Positions 31,856 through 41,781 of a stretch of DNA of 64,000 nucleotides are shown one piece after another. Source of the stretch: an uncultured bacterium (GTDB lineage Bacteria > Patescibacteriota > Minisyncoccia > UBA6257 > GWB1-50-10); the NCBI GenBank assembly GCA_963768835.1, contig CAVYJB010000001.1, positions 152,420 through 216,419 on the forward strand. Direction: 5' to 3'. The stretch's first letter is position 1, and the number at the start of each line of letters is the position of its first letter. Both the position numbers and the translations under genes were made by a program. Below the pieces are notes generated by a model that was given only the letters and a program-made list of their open reading frames with translations, had not been told where the DNA came from and did not search any database.

Positions 31856-34222
31856 TTAGAATTCCCTCAACCTTCGCCGTATTTCCTCTTCGACCTCCCG
31901 GCGGTCGCGGCCATACGCCCGGCGGGACCGTTCCCGGACCTCCTCCGCGCGCCCCGGATCCCCACGGATGGCGAATACATCGGTCGAGATGCGTATATTG
32001 AACGGCTTCACGGTCTGCCCCCGCACAAGAAGTCGCACGTAGGCATTCAGGTTGTCGATGTTCTGGAGGTCAGCGGCTCCGACGGTGGGCTCGAACTGCT
32101 TAGCCAGGAACTCCGCATCCTGTGGCCCGACCCGAAGTACCACCTCGCTCCCCACGTTCCCAAAAACCGCATCCCGAATCTTCTCCGGCAGCTGGGCGAT
32201 GAACTGGTGAGCCACCGTAAGATCGAGCCGATACTTACGCGCCTCAGATAGGATGGTCCCGATGGAATCTGTCGCAAAATTCTGGAACTCATCGATATAG
32301 AGATACCAGTCGCGACGTTCCGCCTCGCTCGGGGTATCGCCCCGGGAAAGCGCGGCAAAGAGCACCTTGGAAAGGATAATCATCCCGAGGAGGGCCATAT
32401 TGGCGTCTCCGATCTTCCCTTTCCGAAGATTCACCACGAGAATTTTCCCGCCATCCAAGATCGCCCGGAAATCCATGGCGGATTTTGTTTGCCCGATGAT
32501 CGGACGAACGTAGTCATTCGCAATAAAATTATTGAACTTCGAGGTGACATATGGTGTGAGGTTTGCGAGAGATGCTTCTCCTCCCGCTTTCGCGGCTTCT
32601 TTCTCCCAGAAGTCCTGGACGATGGGATTCCGAATACGCGCGAGTTTTTTCGCCCGCCAGGCGGTGTCTGTGAAAACACGCGGGAGCTCGACTAGGGTTG
32701 CGGGCTCTGTGGAAGCATCCTCCATCAAGAGGAGGAGTGCTTGTCGGAGATACTGCTCGAACATCGGACCCCCCGTCTGCCGGAGATCGTAGAGCTTTTC
32801 AAGGATCGCGAGCATGTCGTTCACGATGAAAGTTTTCTCTTCCGGACGGTCGAGCCGGTACTCGAGCATGTTGAGGCCCACCGGATGTTCAAGGTCGCCG
32901 GGATCAAAGACGATGACGTCCTCCGCGCGTTCCGCCGGAACGTTCGCGAGCACAAACTCCGCGAACTCCCCGTGCGGGTCGATAACACCGACGCCTTTCC
33001 CGCTCTTCATGTCCTCGAGGATGAGGCTCTTGAGAAGCGTTGTCTTGCCGGTCCCCGTCTGCCCCAACACATAGAGGTGCCGGCGGCGATCCTCGTCGGT
33101 CAGATAGATACGCCGACGTCCACCCCGGAAAAGACTCTCTCCCAGAAAGGTCCCTTCGGTGGGGGCATCGGCAGGAGGCGGCGCCTCGCGAGCCTTCAGG
33201 GCCTTGATGCGCGGGGTCTCCGTGAACGCCGTCGGAAGATGGAAAAGGCTCGCGAGCTCCTCACTCGAAAGTACCATTGCATCCGCGCGGTCGAACGAGC
33301 GGAAAATGAAGTCCCGAGTCACGGCCGCAGGGTTCCGAGGTATGATGATCTTCAAACCGTTGCGGTCGGGTGCCCCGAACTGGGAAAACCCCGCCGTGAT
33401 GCCCCCGAGGAGAGATTCTGCCTCCACCGGATTCGGAGCCGAGGTGAGAATACGAATATTCACCTCAAAGAGAGGTTTCCCAACCTTCGCTCCTATGGCC
33501 TCGACGACCGCGGCGTCCACTTCCTTCCGCTCCTGTTTCTTCTCTTTGCTCGCGGGATTGAGCGCTTCCTTCACGTCCCCGATCGTGAGTGGCACGGCGC
33601 TTCCGCCGAGGATGCTCTTCAAACCGGCGCCTTTTTTTAGGACCTCAAGCGTCGAGCGTACCTCGCGCGCCGCGCGCGCTGGAGCGGGACGGGCGACCAC
33701 CTGGAGCGCTGCGCCCTCCCCGAGCTCCTTCACATTCGAAAAACCCCCGAGGGTGGGTGCGAAAGTGTCGGCCCCAATCTCCCGGTAGCTCCGGAGCGGA
33801 AGCACGAAACGTTCCTTTTCTTTCACCCACGCCGCGGCGACAGACCCCCGATAGTTGAAAATATTGTAGTCCTCCACCGCGTGCACGTCCGCATCGTTCC
33901 AAAGGGATTGGACTTGGCGCGCGACAGCTTCCGTAAGGCGGTGGGGCACGGCGAGATAGAAGTGGATCTCCTCACCCACGTAGGGAACGGCCACCTCGAA
34001 AACAAAAGGCTCTCGGAACGACGCGAGAGCGGAGAAAAGCTGCTCCGAGAGGGCGATTTCCTTTACCACATCCTTTCCCTCGATGCTTTGGACCGGCAGC
34101 CGTATAAGAAGAAGCTGCATCTGGAGCTCCGTCATGAGCCGTCGGTGCGCAAGACGGCGCGAAAGGTAAAACGCGCCGATTCCAGCGGCGGCGATGACGA
34201 GAGCGAAGAACAAGACAACCAT
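31856..34222 (-). CDS. TraD/VirD4 (type IV coupling protein)-like membrane ATPase of the FtsK/HerA superfamily
   Basis: N-terminal TM helix; Walker A YVLGQTGTGKTT; Walker B LYIDEFQNF. Downstream HQFIAQLPEKIRDAVFGNVGSEVVLRVGPQDAEFLA matches the TraG-D_C/T4CP Q-S..QL...YG...I..N..T..FR..D..TA motif. Confidence 0.65.
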   Translation of the reverse strand: MVVLFFALVIAAAGIGAFYLSRRLAHRRLMTELQMQLLLIRLPVQSIEGKDVVKEIALSEQLFSALASFREPFVFEVAVPYVGEEIHFYLAVPHRLTEAVARQVQSLWNDADVHAVEDYNIFNYRGSVAAAWVKEKERFVLPLRSYREIGADTFAPTLGGFSNVKELGEGAALQVVARPAPARAAREVRSTLEVLKKGAGLKSILGGSAVPLTIGDVKEALNPASKEKKQERKEVDAAVVEAIGAKVGKPLFEVNIRILTSAPNPVEAESLLGGITAGFSQFGAPDRNGLKIIIPRNPAAVTRDFIFRSFDRADAMVLSSEELASLFHLPTAFTETPRIKALKAREAPPPADAPTEGTFLGESLFRGGRRRIYLTDEDRRRHLYVLGQTGTGKTTLLKSLILEDMKSGKGVGVIDPHGEFAEFVLANVPAERAEDVIVFDPGDLEHPVGLNMLEYRLDRPEEKTFIVNDMLAILEKLYDLRQTGGPMFEQYLRQALLLLMEDASTEPATLVELPRVFTDTAWRAKKLARIRNPIVQDFWEKEAAKAGGEASLANLTPYVTSKFNNFIANDYVRPIIGQTKSAMDFRAILDGGKILVVNLRKGKIGDANMALLGMIILSKVLFAALSRGDTPSEAERRDWYLYIDEFQNFATDSIGTILSEARKYRLDLTVAHQFIAQLPEKIRDAVFGNVGSEVVLRVGPQDAEFLAKQFEPTVGAADLQNIDNLNAYVRLLVRGQTVKPFNIRISTDVFAIRGDPGRAEEVRERSRRAYGRDRREVEEEIRRRLREF

Positions 34223-34240
34223 GGAGTGGGGAGTTGCGAC

Positions 34241-34657
34241 CTAAAGTACGCCCCGCCGCTTGAGCTCAGGGAGCAACTTATCGACTAGGGCATCATGTAA
34301 CGCATCCAATATAAACGGAGGTTGCCGCTTGGCCTCCCGGACAGCCGCTTCGATACCATCACGAAACGCTAGATGCACGAGACGGTCCACCTCCTGTCGC
34401 GCCTTCGGGTCGCCCGCAGAGGCGGCGAGGTAAGCGGGCAACTCGCCCCCATGGTCATCGGAAGGCGCGGAGGATGCGGGAGACGCCGCCGGGGTAGGAG
34501 CTGGGACGCCCCCCGAAAGGTCTTCCAGAGAACGTCGCACGAGCTCGGGAGCTGGAGCTGGAGATTCCGTCGTCACCGCCCGCTCCGCCTCCACCGTGTG
34601 CGTGATACGCGCAAGGTCGCGCTCCATTTGCTCGCCGAAATTCATCACTTTTACCAT
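34241..34657 (-). CDS. Hypothetical protein, probably co-transcribed with the T4CP-like ATPase
   Basis: 138-aa ORF 18 bp upstream of 31856..34222. Confidence 0.45.
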   Translation of the reverse strand: MVKVMNFGEQMERDLARITHTVEAERAVTTESPAPAPELVRRSLEDLSGGVPAPTPAASPASSAPSDDHGGELPAYLAASAGDPKARQEVDRLVHLAFRDGIEAAVREAKRQPPFILDALHDALVDKLLPELKRRGVL

Positions 34658-34680
34658 GCTTCAGGTATAATTATAGAACA

Positions 34681-36240
34681 ATGGCGTGGAACTGGAAAAT
34701 TGTTCTTGGAGTCATCGTTATTCTCCTTCTCGCCACATTCCTGCGCCTCTACCAACTCCCTTCGCTTCCGCCCGGACTTTACCCCGACGAGGCGATGAAC
34801 GGTTCCAATGACCTTGAGGCACTGCGCACGCACGACTTCAAGGTTTTTTATCCGGAGAACAACGGGCGTGAGGGACTTTTCATCAACATCCAGGCGTTTT
34901 TCCTGAAGCCTTTCCTGGACCATGGGATTCCTCTGGAGCCCTGGATGCTCCGGTTCCCAAGCGCCATTTTTGGCATCCTCACGGTTCTCGGAATCTTCTG
35001 CCTCACCCGCGAGCTCTATGGAATGAGCGGTGTTCCGCCGGGTGCCCGCGCAAACCGCATCGCGCTCCTCGCCGCGTTCCTCCTCGCGACTCTTTTTTGG
35101 CATATCAACTTTTCCCGCATCGGTTTCCGCGCCATCACGGCGCCGTTCTGGCTCACATGGGGTTTCTACCTGACGCTTTACACATTCCGAGCTTTGCGAG
35201 TCCCCCGTCCGCGTTTGCGGTGGCTCCTCCCCGTTCTTTCGGCCGTAGTTTACACCGCCGGCTTCTACTCCTATATCGCGTTCCGCGCAACGCCACTGCT
35301 TTTTGCAGTACCTGCATTCTGGCTTCTCACGCACGGCTACCCGAAGCGGCGATTCTGGGCTATCACAGGACTTTTTGTTGTCACCGCAACCGTCGTGATG
35401 ATCCCCTTCCTCGCCTACTTCACGGCCCATCCGGCGGACTTCTTCGGGCGCACATCACAAATCTCCATCTTCACCTCTCCGCACCCTGCGCTTGACCTCC
35501 TCCAGAACATCGCGCTCACCGTCGGTATGTTCAATATCTACGGGGACGGCAATTGGCGCCACAACATTGCGGGCAGCCCGGAGCTCTATGGGCCCATCGG
35601 AATCTTCTTCCTTATCGGAGTTGCCCTCGGAGTCGCCGCGCTCCTTCGGTTCCTGCGCCGTCGGAAAACCCACATGGAAGCCGCAGCGGCGGATTCCGAC
35701 GTGTTCCCTTTCCTTCTGGCCTTTGGATGGCTCGTGGTCGCGGCGTTGCCCGTTGTAATTTCGAATGAAGGGTTGCCGCACGCACTTCGCTCTATCCTCC
35801 TCATTCCCCCCGCGATCCTCCTCGCGGCCTTAGGCGGCATACGTCTTTTCGAGTTCCTTAAAAACGAGTTTCACGACCACCCTGGACTCCAGCGCATGCT
35901 TCAGGGAGGCGTCGTTCTCGTTCTCGCCGCGACGGCTCTTCTCGCATACCAGCGGTATTTTATCGTCTGGGGGCAGAACCCCAACGTGCCGGGCGCCTTT
36001 AATCAGGACTATGTCGACATCGCCTACATGCTCCGCGCCCTTCCCCCGGACCTTCCGAAGTACGTCGTGGTGCAGGCGGGAGGTGTGGATGTACGCGGCA
36101 TTCCAATGCCCGCCGAAACGGTCATGTTTCTCACGCAAACATTCTTCCCAGAGGATCGGGACGCAAGAAATATCCACTACGTGCTGCCAGACCAGATAAG
36201 CTCCATCCCGCCCGGCAGTTTCACGGTGACGCTTCGTTAG
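34681..36240 (+). CDS. GT39/GT83-family membrane glycosyltransferase (PMT/ArnT-like; protein O-mannosyltransferase-like)
   Basis: N-terminal LRLYQL...GLYPDEA typical of PMT_2/ArnT; more than 10 TM helices. Confidence 0.8.
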   Translation: MAWNWKIVLGVIVILLLATFLRLYQLPSLPPGLYPDEAMNGSNDLEALRTHDFKVFYPENNGREGLFINIQAFFLKPFLDHGIPLEPWMLRFPSAIFGILTVLGIFCLTRELYGMSGVPPGARANRIALLAAFLLATLFWHINFSRIGFRAITAPFWLTWGFYLTLYTFRALRVPRPRLRWLLPVLSAVVYTAGFYSYIAFRATPLLFAVPAFWLLTHGYPKRRFWAITGLFVVTATVVMIPFLAYFTAHPADFFGRTSQISIFTSPHPALDLLQNIALTVGMFNIYGDGNWRHNIAGSPELYGPIGIFFLIGVALGVAALLRFLRRRKTHMEAAAADSDVFPFLLAFGWLVVAALPVVISNEGLPHALRSILLIPPAILLAALGGIRLFEFLKNEFHDHPGLQRMLQGGVVLVLAATALLAYQRYFIVWGQNPNVPGAFNQDYVDIAYMLRALPPDLPKYVVVQAGGVDVRGIPMPAETVMFLTQTFFPEDRDARNIHYVLPDQISSIPPGSFTVTLR

Positions 36241-36249
36241 GAGGTACCG

Positions 36250-37548
36250 TCAGAATCCCTGGATCTTGATTGAACCTGGGACGCTGGAATAGTCGATGTT
36301 CGTCGAGGTCACGAACTGGTTCGTGGGTTGCGTGACGGGGATTCCGGACGTGGAACCTCCAGTCCAGTCCGCCTGCCAGAACGCCGCGTTCCGCCACCGC
36401 GTGAGATAGTCCACAATCTGAAGCTGCCCCTGCGTGGCGCCCACAGGCCATTGTACCGAGACGGTGACTTGCTCTGTGGACGGATCGAGAGAGGTGCCAC
36501 CCCCGCACGGCGCCGTCCCCGCGATTGAGGAAGAAGAATCGTTCGTCCGGCATACGTCCTGGATAAAGAAATAGCGTTTCAAGATGTTGCTCTTATAGAG
36601 CCGTGAAACCTCATCGGATGTGAGAGCTCGGTTGTACCATCGCACCTCGTCGAGATAATCGTTCGCAGGCGCGGTCCCTGCAGGGCCGCCGTTCAGAGTC
36701 ATGATGGCACCCACCGGCACCACATAGGTCCCGGAACCTCCGCCCGAGGATTGCCCGTCTATATAGAGAGCTGCCGTGTTCGAGGCGAAGGTCGCGACGA
36801 CATGATAGAAACGCGCGGTGGTAAGGAGACCAGCCGACACCGCGAGGAGACTGCCGCCGGACTGGGTGGTCCAGAGCACCACGGCTCCGTTACTGCGGAT
36901 ACCGAGACGAAAACCTGACGTGCCGCCGGGATCACGAGCAACAAGAATGTTATTCCCCTCCCCGCCAGCCTTGATGGCGATGGGACGGGTCCAGAAAGAC
37001 ACGGAAAAAGCAGAAGTATCATAGAGCGTGCTCGCTCCTGCGGTAACGGCTGCGGTAACACCGTCAAACTGAAGACAGTTTGCAACCGCGCACGTTGTCG
37101 AGCTTCGGACAGGGCTCCCGACAAATGTCCCCGTGTTCGCGTTCCCCGAAGCATCGTAGGTCGCGGTTGAGGTGACCGCGGGGTCTTCGTCGAATTTCCA
37201 ATACCCAACGAGACCATATGTGGTACCTCCATCCATCATCCCCTCCTCGCCGCGGACCGGCAGATAGGTGGAGGTCGCGAGACCAAAGAAGTAGTGGGCG
37301 TTGGGGGAGCGGACGAGACCGTAGATATTCACCCAGTTCCCGTTCCCATAGGAACGAAGCTTGTCCATAAGATCCTGTGCCGCGGCGGACGCGAACTGGT
37401 TTTTCTGGATTGTCAGCGAGGCGCGGAGAATGCCCGCAATAGCGATTGCGGCGGCCGTGATAAGAACGCCCCCGATAGCGAGTGCGATAAGCACCTCGAT
37501 CAGCGACTGACCGGACCGAGCCGTCCGATAAATTGGTGAGCGTTCCAT
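36250..37548 (-). CDS. Type IV (pseudo)pilin with a laminin-G/ConA-like lectin domain
   Basis: Prepilin leader ...ARSGQSLIEVLIALAIGGVLITAAA. LamG-like region FDGVTAAV...FSVSFWTRP...ALYIDGQ...DEVRWYNRALTSDEVSRLY. Confidence 0.75.
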   Translation of the reverse strand: MERSPIYRTARSGQSLIEVLIALAIGGVLITAAAIAIAGILRASLTIQKNQFASAAAQDLMDKLRSYGNGNWVNIYGLVRSPNAHYFFGLATSTYLPVRGEEGMMDGGTTYGLVGYWKFDEDPAVTSTATYDASGNANTGTFVGSPVRSSTTCAVANCLQFDGVTAAVTAGASTLYDTSAFSVSFWTRPIAIKAGGEGNNILVARDPGGTSGFRLGIRSNGAVVLWTTQSGGSLLAVSAGLLTTARFYHVVATFASNTAALYIDGQSSGGGSGTYVVPVGAIMTLNGGPAGTAPANDYLDEVRWYNRALTSDEVSRLYKSNILKRYFFIQDVCRTNDSSSSIAGTAPCGGGTSLDPSTEQVTVSVQWPVGATQGQLQIVDYLTRWRNAAFWQADWTGGSTSGIPVTQPTNQFVTSTNIDYSSVPGSIKIQGF

Positions 37549-37553
37549 CGGTT

Positions 37554-40500
37554 CTAGGGCTTAATCTCAACCCCGACCATCGCCCAGGAATTCGCGCTCC
37601 CCAAGGTGTAGTTCGAGATCACGGCACCCGGGTTGGAGGTGAGCCCGTTCTCGGCTTCGCCCGCACCCGTAACATTCGTGGCCGCCGCGCCACCAGAGGT
37701 CACCATCGCGGAACCCTCCAGCGTCTGTCCCGCTCCCGCCGCAACAGTCGGGAGAGACTGGACTGCGAGGCCGCTTACCACAAGAGCATTACTCACGGTC
37801 GTTGTGAGGGTAAGGGAGGGAGCGGCACCGGAACCCGTAGCCGCCGTAACGGCCCCGATGGCACCGGAACCGTTCGAGCCACCCGTGTTCGTCGTGTTAT
37901 AGGCAGCGACAAGGATCGTGGCCTTCGCGGAGGCAGAAAGCGTCGCGGTAACAGCGCCCGAGAACGTCGTGGAAGCAAAAGCGCGCCACACCTCCACGCG
38001 GGCGCTCGTCCCGTTCGTGGAACTCGCGACGAAAACCCAGGTGAGGCCGCCGCCGGAAATCGAGTTCACGGTCTGGCTAGTAGAGTTCTGAAGAGCGACG
38101 GTCGCGAGGAGGAGCCGGTTCGCACCGCTAGTCGTGAGGGAAGCGGAAGTCACAGTCGTCGAACCCGTGGGAGGCGTCACGAAATCCGAATCCAAGGACT
38201 GTTGGGAACCGAACGTCACGTGATTCGCCGCGGTCGAACGGTTCGGGGAGACCGGACATCCGCCGCTAGAACAGAGATGGTCTCCCAGAAGATCGATCGC
38301 GGTTCCCGCAGAGCCGGTTGAAGGATTCATCGAGAGGAGCCGTGGCAATACCTGGAAACCGGCTCCCCAAACATAAGCCTTAGAATCGCCCGAACGCGTA
38401 AGCGTGATGGTGCCACTATATGTAGAAGTCGGAAGGTTCGCAGGAACCTCAACGCACGCAGTGCTCGACTGGACCGTAGTGGAAGCCCAACCGGCCACCG
38501 CACAAGAGCCGCCTGCAGTCGGATGGATGGTCGACGCCACGGTGCCAAAGGCACCCGTGAACTGGACAGTGCCGGTGGCAGACCCGAAATGATCTCCAGA
38601 AAGGTAGATCAGGCCGTCGGTATCCACGGCGTTGTACTCGCGAGCCGCAAATGGCTGGAGCGAAACGAGGTTCGTGATGTTCGGATAAGCGTAGAAAGTC
38701 CACGGGTTAGGATCGGACTGGGAAGCCGCTGTTACCTGGAGAGTGTTCACGCCTCCGAGGGTCGCGAGAGTCGTCGACACCGTGAAGCTGATGGAGGTGT
38801 TAGTCCACGCAGTGATATCAGGGTACCCCACGGTCGCCGCGCCTCCAATGAGAAAGCGGATACAGCCGGTGCCGGTGCCGCCCGCGCAGTTCGCGCGCGA
38901 GGCACCCGCAGCGACAGTACCAAACCCATATCCCGTGAGAGTAGCAGTCTGGTTCGATGCCCCCCCGTCAGGGGCCGTAGGATATGTCGTCGTCGCGACA
39001 TCGGGAAGAACAGTGAGCACCCCCGAAAGAGACGTGGGTGCGCCGGACTTCACGGAAGAGCCGGATACCGTCACATCTGCGTTCGCGGCAACTTGAAAAT
39101 CAACCGTCTGACCTCCAACAGGATACGTGGGGGTAGAGGATTTCAGGTCAGTTTTCACATAGAAGTAGTAAGTGTTTCCGAAAGCGACCGCGAGAGACCC
39201 CACCACAGTCGCAGTCTGCCCCGTAAAGGAAGCGACGGTCGAGCCGTACTGTGTCGTTGCACCGTTCGCGTTTCCAGTCGTGTTGTACCAGAGGGAAAGA
39301 TTCCCAAGATCAGCGCCCGAGACGGTGCCGTTCTCAGTCACCTTGATTGAGGTCACGGTATCCGAAGAGGAAGATATAGAGAGAGTGAAAGCAGGACAGG
39401 TGGAGGAAGCCGCACACGAAGTCGGCGCTAAGGCGACTACGGAGAGGCCCGAGGTCGAGGTCGTGACAAGGGATCCAGTGGTCACACCGATAGTGAGGGT
39501 CGCGGCCGCTGCTGCCGGCGTGTACGGTCCTGCTCCGACACCAGCGTTGTAGTTTATGTAGGTGTCGCGAGGAAAGATCTTGTAGTAGTAGGAGGTGCCG
39601 TTTGAGAGCCCGGTATCGGTGAAGGTGGTAGCGGCTCCGGCATAGACGACGGTTGAGGTACCGATGGTATTCCCCGCCACGTAGGTCTGGCCATCCACAG
39701 GGAAGTTCGAGACCAGTGCCGTGTTCCGAAGGATGACCTCTGAGTTGAAATCGCCGTCGCCGGGGTTCGTCCAGTTCAGGACTACCTGCGTATTCCCTGC
39801 AGTGTTGCTGCCCCAGGTGGCGTTGCCGGGGGCCTGGCGATCTACCGTCGTAGTTGTACCCGCGGTGTCCCACCAAGACTGGCCGTTCGTCGATGTGTAG
39901 CTGCTCACGTATGCGCTCACAGGATACGTGCCGGCGGTGAGAGCGGCATAGCTCTTCGCGGTCATGATGATGCGATACGTCGTGGTCGCGGTCCCGACCG
40001 GAATGGGAGTGCCGCCGCTGAAAGACCAGGTGTTGCCGGCGGGGACCGTTGTGGTCGCGAAGTACTGCTGGGTCATCGCATTGTTCACAATGGAGACGGA
40101 GGCGAGGGCTGGCGTACCAGTCGTCGTGACGGTGAGATTAGTGATCGAATCGGTGCCCGCACTCGTGTTGAACTGGAATTGGTCGGCGTAGACATTGGTC
40201 GAGGAGGGGGCGATGGTCGAGTTGGCGGGATCGGAACCGGTCGTGAGGAAGGTAAGAGCCGCCGGCGCGGGCGTGTACGGTCCTGCTCCGACACCAGCGT
40301 TGTAGTTTATGTAGGTGTCGCGAGGAAAGATCTTGTAGTAGTAGGAGGTGCCGTTTGAGAGCCCGGTATCGGTGAAGGTGGTAGCGGCTCCGGCATAGAC
40401 GACGGTTGAGGTACCGATGGTATTCCCCGCCACGTAGGTCTGGCCATCCACAGGGAAGTTCGAGACCAGTGCCGTGTTCCGAAGGATGACCTCTGAGTTG

Positions 40501-41768
40501 AAATCGCCGTCGCCGGGGTTCGTCCAGTTCAGGACTACCTGCGTATTCCCTGCAGTGTTGCTGCCCCAGGTGGCGTTGCCGGGGGCCTGGCGATCGATGG
40601 TGGTCGCGGGTGCGTCAGTATCAGACCCCGACTTCGCGTTTGTAGACGTCACGGCACTCACATACGCAGTCACAGGATACGTGCCGGCGGTGAGAGCGGC
40701 ATAGCTCTTCGCGGTCATGATGATGCGATACGTCGTGGTCGCGGTCCCGACCGGAATGGGAGTGCCGCCCGAGAAACTCCAAGTGTTGCCGGAGGGAACA
40801 GAGGATGTCGTAAAATACTGGGTCGTCATCGCGTCGTTCATGACGGAAAGGGATGCGATGGCAGACGTGTTCGCAGTCGTGACAGTGAGACCCGTCACAG
40901 AATCAGTCCCGGCGGAGTCGGAAAGCTGGAACTGGTCCTTGAAAACGTTGGTCGAGGAGGGAGCAACGGTTGAGGCGGAGGGGTCGGCGCCGGTGGAGAG
41001 GAAAGTGGTGGGAGCCCCACCGGCAGCCTTGAACGTGACCATGGTCATCTCATAATCGTCAGTCGCACTAGGTTGACTTGCGGTTGCGCTATAGCATCCA
41101 GTTGAACTCACTATCTTATCTTCGTCGACATTGTTATTAAAATAGCCGGCTTCCTCGGTGAAGCCGGTACCGGCCGTGGGCGTCTCGATCGCGTCAGTCA
41201 TAAAACCGATGATGGCTTCATTCGCAACGGTCGTCGTCTTACAAGGCGTTGCAATAGTGGTACCAGTCCCCGTGGTCGTCGCAATTTGGTCAAAGGGTGA
41301 ACTAGTATCGGCCCCGGAATATTCATTGAGGTAAATCTCGACATACGCGTTCGGTTGAGCGGAGAAATTTATGGTAATCGTATCGGTTCCGCCGGGGACA
41401 TTCTTCGCATAAAAAACCTGTTGGTCCCAATTCTCGGTATAGTTCGATGCATATCCGACCAGCGCGGGTCCGGTGGACGTGAATACATCTCCGAGTGTGT
41501 CAGTGATTGAGCTGACGGTAGGCCCATCCCAACCCCAGTCAACCTTAAGCACGACAAGGTCCCCGGCGGTCTGCGTGACGTTCGCCGTACTAACATTTGC
41601 CGTCCATGAACTTGGGGCGTTCGTGGTTACACGCTTGAACGCAATGGCAGCTTCTGCGCGCGGCACGGAAAATGCCAGCATTCCAGCGCTGCACGCAACG
41701 GCAGCGATAATGACTAGCAATGCGGCGTGCAGTCGTTTTTCTTCTATACGAACACTACGGGATGTCAT
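37554..41768 (-). CDS. Giant Ser/Thr-rich surface protein (1404 aa) with tandem FN3-like ~250-aa repeats and C-terminal IPT/Ig-like domains
   Basis: N-terminal signal anchor; repeated ...TNPGDGDFNSEVILRNT...TDTGLSNGTSYYYKIFPRD... blocks; extremely S/T/G/A-rich. Confidence 0.75.
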   Translation of the reverse strand: MTSRSVRIEEKRLHAALLVIIAAVACSAGMLAFSVPRAEAAIAFKRVTTNAPSSWTANVSTANVTQTAGDLVVLKVDWGWDGPTVSSITDTLGDVFTSTGPALVGYASNYTENWDQQVFYAKNVPGGTDTITINFSAQPNAYVEIYLNEYSGADTSSPFDQIATTTGTGTTIATPCKTTTVANEAIIGFMTDAIETPTAGTGFTEEAGYFNNNVDEDKIVSSTGCYSATASQPSATDDYEMTMVTFKAAGGAPTTFLSTGADPSASTVAPSSTNVFKDQFQLSDSAGTDSVTGLTVTTANTSAIASLSVMNDAMTTQYFTTSSVPSGNTWSFSGGTPIPVGTATTTYRIIMTAKSYAALTAGTYPVTAYVSAVTSTNAKSGSDTDAPATTIDRQAPGNATWGSNTAGNTQVVLNWTNPGDGDFNSEVILRNTALVSNFPVDGQTYVAGNTIGTSTVVYAGAATTFTDTGLSNGTSYYYKIFPRDTYINYNAGVGAGPYTPAPAALTFLTTGSDPANSTIAPSSTNVYADQFQFNTSAGTDSITNLTVTTTGTPALASVSIVNNAMTQQYFATTTVPAGNTWSFSGGTPIPVGTATTTYRIIMTAKSYAALTAGTYPVSAYVSSYTSTNGQSWWDTAGTTTTVDRQAPGNATWGSNTAGNTQVVLNWTNPGDGDFNSEVILRNTALVSNFPVDGQTYVAGNTIGTSTVVYAGAATTFTDTGLSNGTSYYYKIFPRDTYINYNAGVGAGPYTPAAAAATLTIGVTTGSLVTTSTSGLSVVALAPTSCAASSTCPAFTLSISSSSDTVTSIKVTENGTVSGADLGNLSLWYNTTGNANGATTQYGSTVASFTGQTATVVGSLAVAFGNTYYFYVKTDLKSSTPTYPVGGQTVDFQVAANADVTVSGSSVKSGAPTSLSGVLTVLPDVATTTYPTAPDGGASNQTATLTGYGFGTVAAGASRANCAGGTGTGCIRFLIGGAATVGYPDITAWTNTSISFTVSTTLATLGGVNTLQVTAASQSDPNPWTFYAYPNITNLVSLQPFAAREYNAVDTDGLIYLSGDHFGSATGTVQFTGAFGTVASTIHPTAGGSCAVAGWASTTVQSSTACVEVPANLPTSTYSGTITLTRSGDSKAYVWGAGFQVLPRLLSMNPSTGSAGTAIDLLGDHLCSSGGCPVSPNRSTAANHVTFGSQQSLDSDFVTPPTGSTTVTSASLTTSGANRLLLATVALQNSTSQTVNSISGGGLTWVFVASSTNGTSARVEVWRAFASTTFSGAVTATLSASAKATILVAAYNTTNTGGSNGSGAIGAVTAATGSGAAPSLTLTTTVSNALVVSGLAVQSLPTVAAGAGQTLEGSAMVTSGGAAATNVTGAGEAENGLTSNPGAVISNYTLGSANSWAMVGVEIKP
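39517..40770. repeat. Perfect tandem direct duplication inside the giant surface-protein gene (period ~752 bp)
   Basis: 39517-39845 is identical to 40269-40597, and 39925-40020 to 40672-40770. The two blocks are separated by ~80 bp of divergent sequence. Confidence 0.8.
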
Positions 41769-41781
41769 GATAATGCGAGAA

